From NCBI RefSeq assembly GCF_018977255.1, contig NW_024704742.1, positions 133,984,001 through 134,048,000 on the forward strand: a stretch of 64,000 bases of DNA, written 5' to 3'. The notes beneath the pieces were generated by a model. It was given only the letters and a program-made list of their open reading frames with translations, was not told the DNA's origin and did no database searches. This DNA comes from Callorhinchus milii. Taxonomy: Eukaryota. The position numbers and the translations under genes were made by a program. Of the stretch, positions 26,051 through 38,505 are shown piece after piece (position 1 is the first letter of the stretch; every line of letters begins with the position of its first letter).

Positions 26051-28781
26051 GCCTAGACCATGGGCACCAAGCGGAGCAGAGAATGTGGGGAAAGATCAAC
26101 CAAAGTGCGGTCAACTAAATAGCGGGTTAAGTGCTGCTCCTGCAATTGAAGGGTTTGGTGCAGGTGAGGATACAGGCGGCCGAGTTTTGATTCAGGATTG
26201 ATTAAACAATTGTTTTGTGAAAGCTACAGAGTGAATGACAAGTTAGCTATAGGTGGTCAATTCTAGGCATCCCAGGACCACACAGAATCCCAGCTGTTTA
26301 ACAGCTATTCCAAAGTGACTGAATGTGATACACGAGAGACTGTGGAGAGAGGAACATAACCCAGTATTAGGAGACCACTTGCTGTTAAAGACCACCAAAG
26401 GATAGGCCCCAAGGCAATAGGTGTACAAAGATCTCATTGGATTTGGTGAGATGTCTGGCTCAATTGCCAGATCTGCGGATCAAGCTAATCACAGTCAGGA
26501 TGCCAGCGCAACACTGCAATTAGCTTTATTGCCCTCAGGTTAGTGTGAGGAACTATCAGCTGAAGCGCTTGAGCACCCTCCTGTAGCTCCTTCGCTCAGA
26601 GTAAAGTTCCACAAACAGTTATGAGGTGATTTGGCCTACAAAATACCCAGTTACGACATTTTAGGGTAAATCCTTTGAAGCGCTTTGAGGCGTCCTCCTG
26701 ACATGAAACGTGCAATGACAAAATCAAATGCAAGGAGTTGTTATTACAAATAAGCCACCGAGTATCTGAAGTTCCTTCATTTCTTCCTCCCAAACTTCTT
26801 CCAAGCTCTCCCACCTCATAGTATCTTATTGATTGTCTCTTACTCATCGCAATGTCTCTTACTCTTTTTCATATTAAAAAAAAATTCTGTCCGCTTGTTT
26901 GAATGAATTAGTGCTTTGCAATCCACAAAAGCGAGAGGACCAGGGTTCGATTCCTGGGCAAGACAAAACTTTAGGCAAGTTTCCTTATTCCACACAACTC
27001 TGTTTACCTAGCGGTGAGTAGGAAGCTGATTGTGAGTCAATTGGTGGATTGCTTTCTGAGAGTAATAATCCCTCCAACAAAATAAATTATAATTTGGTCA
27101 CTCAATCTACAACTGTTTGTGGGACAGCTGACTGCCGTGTTTTGTCCACAAAATATACAGTCAATTCACATTACAGTGTATTCTGTGAAGCGCTTTGAGT
27201 CGCCTCAGTGACATGATAAGGCGCTATATCAAAGGCAAGTATTATTACCTCATTATCTACAGTACTCCTCACCTCCTTGAGTCTTCCTTTCCTCCTACAA
27301 TCTACAAGGGTTTAGCACTTGACAGGTCACAAGTTCCACTTGCATTGGTTTGGTTTTTGGCCCTGCTCCTGAATTACCTCTGAAACTGGGTCCAAAGCAT
27401 CAACTGCAGAAATCAATGTTACTGCAGTCGATTTCATTGATCTTTTAACAACCCCAAAAAACTGGGGCCTGATTCGTGGGCAGACAATATTTTATGACAT
27501 TAGAGAGTCGGTAGTGTTGCCGGCTTTTTAATAACATTTAAAAAAATTGTAAAAGTTATACCAGTTAGTGGACTACTAACAAATGTGCTTAGCTATGTGA
27601 GAGCAATTTGAAGTGGGTAGATGTCATCTTGGCTTAGTTGGTAGCACTCTTGCCACTGAGTCATAACATTGAGGGTTCAAGTCCCATGTTATAATGTAAA
27701 AAATGATAATCCTTGCATGTGATATAGTGCCTTTCAGATTAGGAAGACATCTCAAAGCACTTGCACAAAGAGATGCTCCCTAATTAGGTTGGAAAGAGCC
27801 AAGGCTTGAGGATCTCAGAGTACGTGTTCGGGGGTTCTGCTAGAGTTTAACCAGCTGAAAACATGCATCGTACCCCTGTGACTTTTCTGCTATCTACCCA
27901 GATAAAATTGGTCATCCACTTTATGGCTGTTTGTTGGACGTTCTGCGTGCAAATTGGCTGTCACTTCCTCCTACAAAATACACAATAACCACACTTGACA
28001 GTGTGTCCTGTGAAACGCTGTGAAGTGTTCTCCTGATGTCAAAGGTGCAATAACAAATATAAGGATTACAGAACTTGTGGACACTTCTTAAATGTATCTG
28101 TCCTTCGAATGAGACGTTAAACTGTGGCCTCATCTGCACCTGTTTGGGTGGACATTAAAGACTCCATGGCACTATTCAAAAAGAGAAGGGCATTTCTTCT
28201 GTGTCCTGGACAATAATCCCCCAAAATAAAAAAATGGCCATTCACTTCATGGCTATTTGCATTCCTGTGCGCAAATTGGCTGCCACCTTCTCCCACAAAA
28301 TACACAGTGATTACATTTGACAGTGTGTCCTTTGAGATGTCCTCCCGATGTAAAAGGTACAATATCAAATGTAAGCATTATTGTAGAGAAGGGACAGAAG
28401 GAGGTCATTCAGCCCATCGAGGCAGCACTCATTCTCAGAACAAGCTGTCCATTCAATCCCATTGCCTTATCTACCTTATCTTCATCCTCTTGAAGTCTTT
28501 ATCCTTCTATATATAACTGTCTACCTACTTCCTTCTTGAAACCGCTAATGGACTCTTCCTCTTCTACCTTGCAGGGCATTCCACATCCTGACAACCTTTG
28601 AAATAATAATAATCTTTGTATTTGATATAGCAACTTATCACATTGCTAAGATGTCTGAGTGTTTCACAGAGTATATTGTAAAGTGGGTTGACTGTATATT
28701 TTGTGGGCAAAACGTGGCAGTCAATTGCACACAGCAGTGTCCCACAGCATCATGGATGGAGTAACTAATTAACTAAATTAT

Positions 28782-30209
28782 TAAAAAATGCAAATTCTTT
28801 CTAAAACAGCATTTGGACCATCAGACAAAGATATCAACCAACTTTGGAAAGTATTTATATGATATTCTCAGTAATCCAAGAGACAGCAATTACCGCGAGG
28901 GTGAAAGGGCTCCAATGGAAATTTATCCTATACTTTAATTAAATTAAAATCTCATTTAAACTTGCAGGCCACAATTTACTAAATCGGGCATTCATTTATA
29001 CAAGGCTGTCAGATTAGGCAGCATTAAAGTTATTACCGCAACAATTAAAGCAGGGGACCCTTGATAATATTTTTTTATTTCTCAGGCCTTTGAAGAAACT
29101 GTCGTTGAAGCAAAATGTGATTTAAACAGACCCCCAATGGCACCTCCGTGAAATGCCTATTGACAAGAATAATTGAACTAATCTGGCAACTTATTCACCC
29201 ATAACAGTTCGAGAGACGGAGGTGATTTTTTTTTCCTTCAGCTTCTGAGAACGAAATGGGCTTAAATGTTTTGTTTTTAATTTCTCCACAGAGTTTGTTC
29301 TGATGACGCACATTGTGAACAAAGGTTGTGAAAATCACAGGGTGAGGTGACGGGGTGGGAGGAATTGTGTCTTGCATTGTAGGTGTGTGTGAGAGTGGGG
29401 GTGGGGAGGGGAGAGTGTTTCGACGCAGAACAAAAACGATGCAAGGAATTGTACTCGTGATGTGGTCGTAGGGAATCCAGTTAGGCTACTCTTGGTGGGG
29501 TGGGGGGGAAATCTGGCAGAAAGTTAGACATTCCCATGCTAGTGCTTCGCAAGTACTGTTTTTTGTCTTGCAAACCAGAAATTCCTGATGGCAGAGTTGC
29601 GCAGGACCAGGAATAAAAGACCCTTTGGTTTATCTGGCCACTTTCAAAAGATCCAGAGAAGTCTAAGAGATGAAAAGGAAATCCGTACTTAATACTTGTA
29701 GTCCTGGAACATATTGGTTAAAGCACTCGCCTTGCCTTAAGTGGACCCAGGCTTGATTAGCAGGTGGGGCGAAACCTTAGGGAAATTTCCTTCTTCAACA
29801 ACAAAAACAACTTGGATTTATATAGCACCCTCCACGAAAAGAAGGGTCTTCAGAAGGGACCTGAAAGTAGGAAGTAGGGGGCGAGGCAAAGGTTGTGAGG
29901 AAGGGAATTCCAGAGCCTCGGGGTATAGTGGCTGAAGGCTTTTTTTTCCACACGCTTCTGTTTACCTAGCAGTAAGTAGGAACCCAGTGGTAATCAATTG
30001 GCAGATCACTTTTCGGTGTAAAAAATACCTTAAAAAATAAAATAATTTGGTTGCTCAATCCACGGCTGTTTGCATAGGATAAGTTTCCATTGGAGCCCTT
30101 TCACCCTCGGGGTAATAGCTGTCTCTTGGATTACTGAGAATATTGTATAAATACTTTCCAAATTGTCTGATGGTCCAAATGCTGTTTTAGAAAGAATTCA
30201 CATTTTTTA
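28782..30209. repeat. Inverted repeat, arms 28782-28931 and 30074-30209
   Basis: Right arm is the reverse complement of the left, with a few substitutions and one 14-nt indel. Confidence 0.9.
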
Positions 30210-30874
30210 TAGCAATTAATAATAATATTTCTTCATATTTGTGGAGTCCTGTTAGAACACTCACCTTGCAAGTGAGAGGACTCGGGTTTGATTCTCAGGC
30301 AGGGCGAAACCTTAGGCAAGTTTCCTTACTCCACACGCTTCTGTTTACCTAGCAGTAAGTAGGAACCCGGTTGTTAGTCAACTGGCAGATTGCCTTCTTG
30401 GGGGTAATAAACCCTCCTCCAAAAAATCATAATAATAATTTAGTTACTCAATGCATGACTGTTTGCGGGACACAGCTGTGCGCAATTGGCTGCTGCGTTT
30501 TGCCCAAGGTGCTGTATCAAGTGCAAGAATTATTGTTGTTTCTCATCGACGCACAACAGAATGGTATACATCGTGTAAGTCTGGCTCAGTTGATCGGGCT
30601 TTTTCTCTGACTCAAAGGGTTATCGGTACAAACCGCATATTGTGACGTTGAGCTTGTAGTCTAGGCTCACTGCAGTACAGTGGGTTGCATGGAATTTGCA
30701 GGTTGGTTTGGATACTCTTAAGTACGGTAATGGGTTTCCACAAGTGTCAGACACCTGGTTGACCAAAAAATAGTGATCTCCTGTTACTTCCTCTGTTCCC
30801 CTAACTCAGGCTCCCTTCAAGTCCTCCTCCACCTCCTCCCCACCATCAGTGGACGTGCTCTTAGACACTTTGGA

Positions 30875-31200
30875 GTGGAGTCCTGTAGCTCAGTGGTTAG
30901 AGCACTCGCTTTGCAAGTGAGAGACCTGAGTTAATTTCCAGGCAGAGGGCGAAACCTTGGGCAAGTTTCCTTACTCCACACAGAGCCTAATAATAATCCC
31001 TCCAAAAAAAACTAAAAAACAATAATTAAATTGGTCATTTTCAATCTACGACTGTTTGTGGGACATTGCTGTGCGCAATTGGCTGCCGCGTTCGCCCACA
31101 AATATACAGTCAATTCACTTTACAGTGTGTTCTGTGAAGCGCTTTGGGACGTCCTCCCAACGTGAAAAGCACTATATCAAATGCAAGGATTATTATTATT
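30875..31200 (+). mobile_element. tRNA-derived SINE, young short subfamily, full length
   Basis: Near-identical to 12104-12423; sits inside an old L2 3' fragment. Confidence 0.92.
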
Positions 31201-34200
31201 GTTGTTCCCTCTCTCTGAAATGTTGCCCCTAAATCCATCCGCCTCGCTCCTTCTCACTCTGGTTTCAAAACCCATCTAAAATGAAATTCTTGGCCTTCAG
31301 ACGCCTTCAGATTCTTATAAGGCTCCCACCCCATTTCTGTAAACTGCTTTGAGGTGTTTGCTTTCATATAAAACATGTAAAATTTGCAAGTGCAGATGTC
31401 AGCCTGGTTCAGTTGGAAGCACTCTCATCTGTAAGCCCCACATCGGGACTTTAAACTCACAGTCTAGGCTGACACTCGAGTGCGATGTGGAGATGTGCTG
31501 CATTGATGGAAGTGCCATCCTTCGAATGAGACATTAACCCGAGGTCCTGTTCAGGTGAATGTTAAAGATCCCATTTGAAAAAGAGAAGGGAGTTTCTCCT
31601 AGTGTCGTGGTCAGCAATCCCTCAAATAAAATTGGTCACTCACTCCATGGCTGTTTGTGGGGCATTGCTGTGTGCAAATTGGCTGCTTTGTTTGCCTACA
31701 ATACAGAGACTACTATTCACAGTAAAAGCGCTTAATAGCTATGAAGAGCTCGAAGATATTGAAACAATTAAGCGCTTTGAGACGTCTCAAAGACGTGATA
31801 AGGCGCTCTATGAAATGCAAGGATTATTATTATCAACAACATGATAAGGCACAGTCCCAAAATGCAAGGATTATTATTATTAATAATAAGTTGGTATTGT
31901 TCAGTTCATTGCAGATGGAAAAATAACAAACCTCTATAACAATAATATCCTTACATTTCATATAGCGGCCAGCAAGTCGAGAGGATATCTCAAAGCGCTT
32001 CACATGATTTTACTATGAAGTGTACTGACTGTGTAGTTTGTCGCAGCAGTCAAATTTGCACAGCAATTTTCCACAAACAGCCATGAAGTGAGTGACCAAT
32101 GCTTTATGGAGTCCTGTAGCTTAGTGTTTAGAGCACTCGCCTTGCTAGCAAGAGGACCTGATTCGATTCCCAGGCAGGACAAAACGCTGGACAAGTTTCT
32201 TTACTCCACATGTCTTTGTTTACCTAGAAGTAAGTAGGAATCTGGTTGTCAATCGATTGGCCGATTGCTATTACGAGAGTAATAAGCCCTTCAAAACAAA
32301 AATAAATTAAAAAAAATAATAATTAGGTCACTCAATCCACGACTGTTTGTGGGACACTGCTCTGCGCAATTGGCTGCCATGTTTCACCCTCAAAATATAC
32401 GATCAATTCACTTTACAGTATATTCTGTGAAGCGCTTTGAGATGTCTTGAAGCTGTGATAAGGAGCAAGGATGCAAAATGCAAGGATTAATATTATTATA
32501 TTTAGTGAGTGACCAATTTTATTTGGGTGGAGGATTGTTGGCCAGGTTGCTGGGAGAAACACTCCCTTCTCCCTTCTACTCTGCTTTATGTGAAGAGATA
32601 TTCAGACAAGTGAACAAGGCTAGCATTCAGTTGAGGAACGCTGACCTGTACTCAATTGCATTGTCTGAGCTATCACTTGTTAAACGGCCGTTATTTCCAC
32701 CTATTTCCATTTGCTCAGCTTCAGTCTGTTGGAACTGACAACCATTCTCAGTTCATTAAGTGACTGACCTCAACATTAACACCCCCACCGCTCGGGTTAC
32801 CTTGGAAACAAAGCTTCCTGTACGTAATCCCAGATTATCCCGCTCCTTATCCTACATGTGACCCTTAATTACTTACTAAATTAGAATGTTTTTTGAAAAT
32901 CACAAGAGGAGGTTAATATGTCCTTGCAGAGCTGGTCAAGCTAAGATGACACCGCATTCAGTGCGATTCTGATTACATGATCCCTGAAGGCGTCTTTTTC
33001 ACATAGAAGCCAATGTCTCCCAGTGGGTGGCAGTGTACTTTAACAATACCTCTGTCATTCACTTTCCTCCTTCTATCTCTTCACCCATAAAGATGTCTGC
33101 ACAAGGCAGAGTGGGCTTAAAGCACATCTCTTACTAGAAACTCCTACCAGTGGGGTATCTTCACCTACAAATAATAATAATAATCCTTGCATTTGATATA
33201 GCGTTTTACCACGTCTTCAAGATGTCTCAAAGTGCTTCACATACTGTAAAGTGAATTGACTATATATTTTGTGAGCGAAACGTGACAGCCAATTGTGCAC
33301 AGCAGCGACCCACAAATAGTTGTGAATTGAGTGACCAAACTATTTTTTTTAAAAGAATTTTTACCCCTAGAAAGCAAACCATTGATAAACTAATAACCAG
33401 GTTCCTACTTACTGCTAGGTAAACAGAGGGGTATAGAGTAAGGAAATCTTCCTAAGGTTTCGACCTGCCCGGGAATCGAATCCGGGTCCTCTGACTTGAA
33501 AGACGAGCGTGCTAACCACCAAACTGCTGGTCTCCACCAAATACACAATCCACCAAATACATGGACTCCACAAATACACACTCACTTAACATTATGGTAA
33601 AATCCTGTGAAGTGCTTTGAGATGTTTCAACAATGTGATAAAGCGCTGTATCACATGCAAGGATTGTTATTATATTTATAGAAACGCTTTTCATGAATCA
33701 GGTAGTTTTGTTCCAGATTATTTTCTAAATCGATTTACCGTAGAACATTACAACATTGCAGAAGACAGTAAGATCTCTCAGGATTGTGGCAAAGTCTTGA
33801 ATTTACTCTTAATTCAGCCCAATGTTAATATTTGCACTCCACCTGAGCCTCCAACATTCTCTCATCTAAAGTATAAATATGGAGTACTTCAAATGGAAAT
33901 GTGGAGTTCTGTAGCATATTGGTTAGAGCACTAGCCTCGCAAGCAAGAGGACCTGGGTTTGATTCCTTAGGCAAGTTTTGTTACTCCACACAATTCTATT
34001 TACCTAACAGTAAGTAGCAACCCACTTGTTAGTCGATTAGCAAATTGCTTTCCGGGGGGTAATACTCCCTTCCAAAAAATAATAATAATAATTTTGTCAC
34101 TCAATGCACGACTATTTGTGGGACACTGCCATGCACAATTGGCTGCCGCGATTTGCCCATAAAATATACAGTTGATTCACTTTACAGTATCTTCTGTGAA

Positions 34201-34271
34201 GTGCTTTGAGATGTCTCATTAATGCCAACACAGAGGACGACATTAAAAAAATGCAGTGAGATATAGATAGG

Positions 34272-35095
34272 TAGGTGGCAGATGAAGTATAATGTAGGGA
34301 AGTGCGAAGTCATCCACCTAGGTAGCAAAAACAGTAGAGCGGGTTATTTTTTAAAAGGGGAGAGATTGGAATGTGTTAGCGTCCAGAGGGATTTGTGTGT
34401 CCTTGTACACCAATCACAGAAAGTTAGTCTGCAGGTGCAGCAGCAATTAGGAAGGGGAACGGTATGTTAGCATTCATTATGAAAGGATTAGAGTACAAGA
34501 GTAGGGAAGTCTTGCTGCAACTGTATAGGGCCCTGGTGAGACCACACCTGGAATAGTGTGACCAGTTTTGGTCTCCTCATTTACGGAAGGATGTACTTGC
34601 CTTGGAGGGGGTGCAGCATAGATTTACTAGGTTAGTGCCAGGGATGAAGGCGATGAGTTACGAGGATAGGCTGACCAATTTGGGCCTATATTCTCTAGAA
34701 TATAGAAGAATTAGAGGGAATCTTATAGAAACCTATAAGATCATCAAAGGGCATGATAGAGTAGATAGTGGGAGATTGTTTCCCCTGGTTGGAGAAACTA
34801 AAACCAGGGGTCACAACCTTAAAATCAGAGGCAGCCCTTTCGCACTGAGTTGAAGAAGAACTTCTTCACTCAAAGGGTTGTGAAAGTATGGAACTCACTA
34901 CCCCAAAGGGCTGTTGACGCTCAGTCCTTGAACATATTCAAGACTGAGATAGATTTCTTATTGGAAAAGGGATTAAGGGATAAGGCAGGGTAGGTTATTA
35001 GCTGGAGTTAGATTAGAAGATCAGCCATGATTGAATGGCGGGGCAGGCTCGAAGGGCCGAATGGCCTATTCCTGCTCCTACATGTTATGTTATGT
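34272..35095 (+). mobile_element. CR1-clade LINE 3' fragment (second CR1 family)
   Basis: WQMKYNVGKCEVIHLG..QRDL.VLV; LEGVQHRFTRLVPGMK.MSYEDRL..LGLYSLE.RR.RG.LIETYKI..TRGH; tail GAATGGCCTATTCCTGCTCCTA-(ATGTT)n. Confidence 0.9.
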
Positions 35096-35197
35096 GATAG
35101 TTCTATATCAAATCCAATGATTATTATTATTATTATATATTACACTTGCTAAAGTTCATGCTGTCGGTGCTTTATTTTAGGATAAAGGTGACAATTA

Positions 35198-35648
35198 TTG
35201 TTCTTGCCCGGCTTCACTGGCTCCCCATTCCACAGAGAATCAAGCACAAAACCCTCGTTCTTGCCTTCCACAGTCTTGCTCCCCAAAACCTCTCTGACCT
35301 CATAACCCCATATCAGCCTATCCACTCCCTCCACTCAAAGGACACCAGCTTGCTTCAGGTCCCCCACACATTCCGCCCCAATTGGCAATTGGGCATCAGC
35401 ATCTCTGCCTCCAAACTGTGGAACTCTATCTCACAATCCCTCCAACTCACCGCTTCTCTTGGCTCCTTCAGATCCCGTCTGAAGACATTCCTCTTCAATT
35501 GCGTTCGGCCACCCTCCAACCTTCATCCCTCTGCCCTCCTCCCCTTTGGATCCCAACTCCCAGCTCGGGTCCAATTCCACTGATTGTCCAGCACCCTGGG
35601 ACGTCTTTCCAACGTGAAGGGCGCTATACAAGTGTAATTTGTTGTTAT
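35198..35648 (+). mobile_element. L2 3' fragment
   Basis: LARLHWLPIPQRIKHKTLVL...KLWNSI..F.SRLKTFLF plus stem-loop tail. Confidence 0.82.
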
Positions 35649-36040
35649 TCGTGTAAGCATTCCTATGATAGCATTCCTTGTATTCTCAAGGCCTGAAATT
35701 CTACCCAGTTTTAGCCTGTGATACAATTTTGCCCTCAAATTTAAGATCTCTCAGAACTGTGGCAATGTCGTGAATTCAATCGTAATTTGGTATCTGTTTT
35801 TTTACAGTTCTTAATAATTAAGACAGAATAATTATTATCTTTGCCTTTGACACTGCAACTTATCATGTCGTCAACATGTTTCACATTTTTCTTGAAGTGA
35901 TGTCACTGTGTATTTTGTAGGCAAACATTTCAATGTCCCACAAAGTTAATGACCAATTATTTTTATGTATTTGGGGGAATTGTTGGCCAAGAAACAGAAG
36001 AAACTCCCTCCTCTTTCTGAATCATGCTATGGAGTCGTGT

Positions 36041-36365
36041 GTGGAGTCCTGTAGCTCAGTGGTTAGAGCACTCGCTTTGCAAGCGAGACCTGAGTTCAAT
36101 TCCAGGCAGAGGGCGAAACCTTGGGCAAGTTTTCTTACTCCACACAGAGCCTAATAATAATCCCTCCAAAACCAAAAAACAATAATAAATTGGTCATTTT
36201 CAATCTACGACTGTTGTGGGACATTGCTGTGCGCAATTGACTGCCACATTCGCCCACAAATATACGGTCAATTCACTTTACAGTGTGTTCTGTGAAGTGC
36301 TTTGGGACGTCCTCCCGACGTGAAAAGCGCTATATCAAAATGCAAGGATTATTATTATTTATTAT
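36041..36365 (+). mobile_element. tRNA-derived SINE, young short subfamily, nested in an old Deu-SINE
   Basis: Full length; flanks TATGGAGTC / TATGGAATC resemble a target-site duplication. Confidence 0.92.
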
Positions 36366-37634
36366 GGAATCATTAATGTCCACCCGAACAGGTGCAGACA
36401 GGATCACAGTTTAAAGTTTCACTCAAAAGAGGGATAAATTTAAGAATTATCAACAAATTCTGCTCTGCGTGGCCTTAAGTTTCTCGATAAAATGGCCTCA
36501 TAGGCTAAGACTCAGAGAAATTTTGAGCCTTGACACTCATCCTTCTTGGTCTGTTCTCTCTTGGCTTGTCTGTCTGTCGGCATTACTGATTGTAAAAAGA
36601 ATAAAACTTATATTTAGGAACTGAGAACGGGGCTCAGCTCAACCCCCAAAGATAATTTCCACTCACCGGCTATTACTACAATAACAATAACACTTGCATA
36701 TAGCGCTCATTACATCATTGAAACACTTGACACAATATATTGTAAATTCTACTGACTAATTTTTTGCAGGCAAACGCAGAAGCCAATTTGCTCACAACAA
36801 TGTCCCACAAACAGCCATGATGTGAATGACCGATTTTATCTTGTAGATTTGTTGGCCCAGAACACAGGGAGAAACTCTCTTCTATTTTGAATTAGCGCCA
36901 TGGGATCTTTAACAGGCAGACAGGACTTTGGTTTAATGACTCATCCAAATGCAGTGCACTCCAGCACTAGAGGGTCAGTCTCGACTATGAGTACAAAGTC
37001 CTACAGCCTTCTGACTCAGAAAGAGAATTCTACCAACTGAGCCAGGCTAATACCTGGCCAATATGATCCTTATCAAAGAAAGCTATTACCCAAGGACCAT
37101 TACCGTATTGGTAAAAAATACTTCGAGCATATGAATTCAATAAAATCATCAGATTAGAATATGTAGAGTAGATATCATACTGCATCAACATTGTGATCTC
37201 TAAGCAGTTCCCTTTGGATTGGAAACCTTTTACGTTTTGCCAGCATCAGGTTGCAAACAAATTAAGATGAACAGTCCTCAAAAGCAATGTTAACGAGAAG
37301 AATGAAACGAGAGTTTGAACTGAACTCATTATCGTAGATGTCAAAAAAGGTGGCGTCTTAGTGTTTCTTTTAAAAAATAGTGTGTTCAGTTATTTTTTTC
37401 CAATTTTCTCCCCACTTGTATATGTCTCTCTAATAATAATAATAATCTTTGCATTTGATATAGTGCTTTTCACGTCTTCTAGATGTCTCAAAGCGCTTCA
37501 CAGTAAAGTGAATTGACTGTATATTTGTGGGGAAATGCGGCAGCCAAATTGCGCACAGCAGTGTCCCCACAAAAAGTCGCGGATTAAAGAGACCGATTTA
37601 TTATTGGTTTTTTTCTTGAGGGATACTTATTAGG

Positions 37635-37980
37635 CGTCTGGCCTCTTTTTGTTGGGAGCGATTCCACGGACCCTCCATTACCCCTCACCCAAGTCTCCAT
37701 TGTCCATGTGTGAGGTTCACTGTGAGTGTCAATAGGCCCCTTGATGGTAAAGGGCATCACAGTCAATCCTGACCTCTCCTCACCCAGCTGCCACACACAT
37801 GCATAACCGACAGAGGGTGCTGAGAGGAGCAGGGAGCGGGAACCCTGGCTGTTTTTCCTCTCTCACGCTCTGGGAGGTATACAGCCAATTTAGCCTCCCA
37901 AGCAACCCGAACGGAGACCAACAAACTTAGCACAGAGCAGGTTTCAAACTGTACAGTTCCTAGCTCTGTGCCTTGGATCT
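37635..37980 (-). mobile_element. Old SINE-like element of a separate family
   Basis: Resembles, from recall, an abundant chondrichthyan repeat; weakly similar fragment at ~26440-26590 (+). Confidence 0.4.
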
Positions 37981-38505
37981 TTATGGGAATTAAAACATTT
38001 TTCAACCCCCTTCCTACACTCTTCAGCTTGTTCATTACTCTGATCGTTTACAATAACCCTTTGCATTTGATAAAGCATCTTTCGTACCAGGAGGACACCT
38101 CAAAGCATTTCACAGGATTGACTGTAAAATGTAGTGACAATTCAATTTTATCTGGGGAATTGTTGGCCGGAACACTGGGAGAAACTCTCCTCTCTTTTAA
38201 AAAATTGCCATGAGATCTTTAATGTCCACTTAGACAGGTAAACAAAACCTCACTTTAATGTCCAAAGAATGGTAGCTCCAACGTGCAAGAACAACGACTT
38301 GCATTTATATAATGCCATTCACATAGGGCAGGGGCACAGCACACCCCCAGCACTTCATTTGAGTGTCATTCTGGAATATGTGAACTCAACGTCCTGTTAA
38401 TAGCAATAATATTATCAAGAATCCTATCTCTCTCACCGTCTCCACTTTGTTGCCTCTAACGGTTTCTCCTCCAGCCTCCGCACTGTCACACCTGGTGTCC
38501 CCCAG

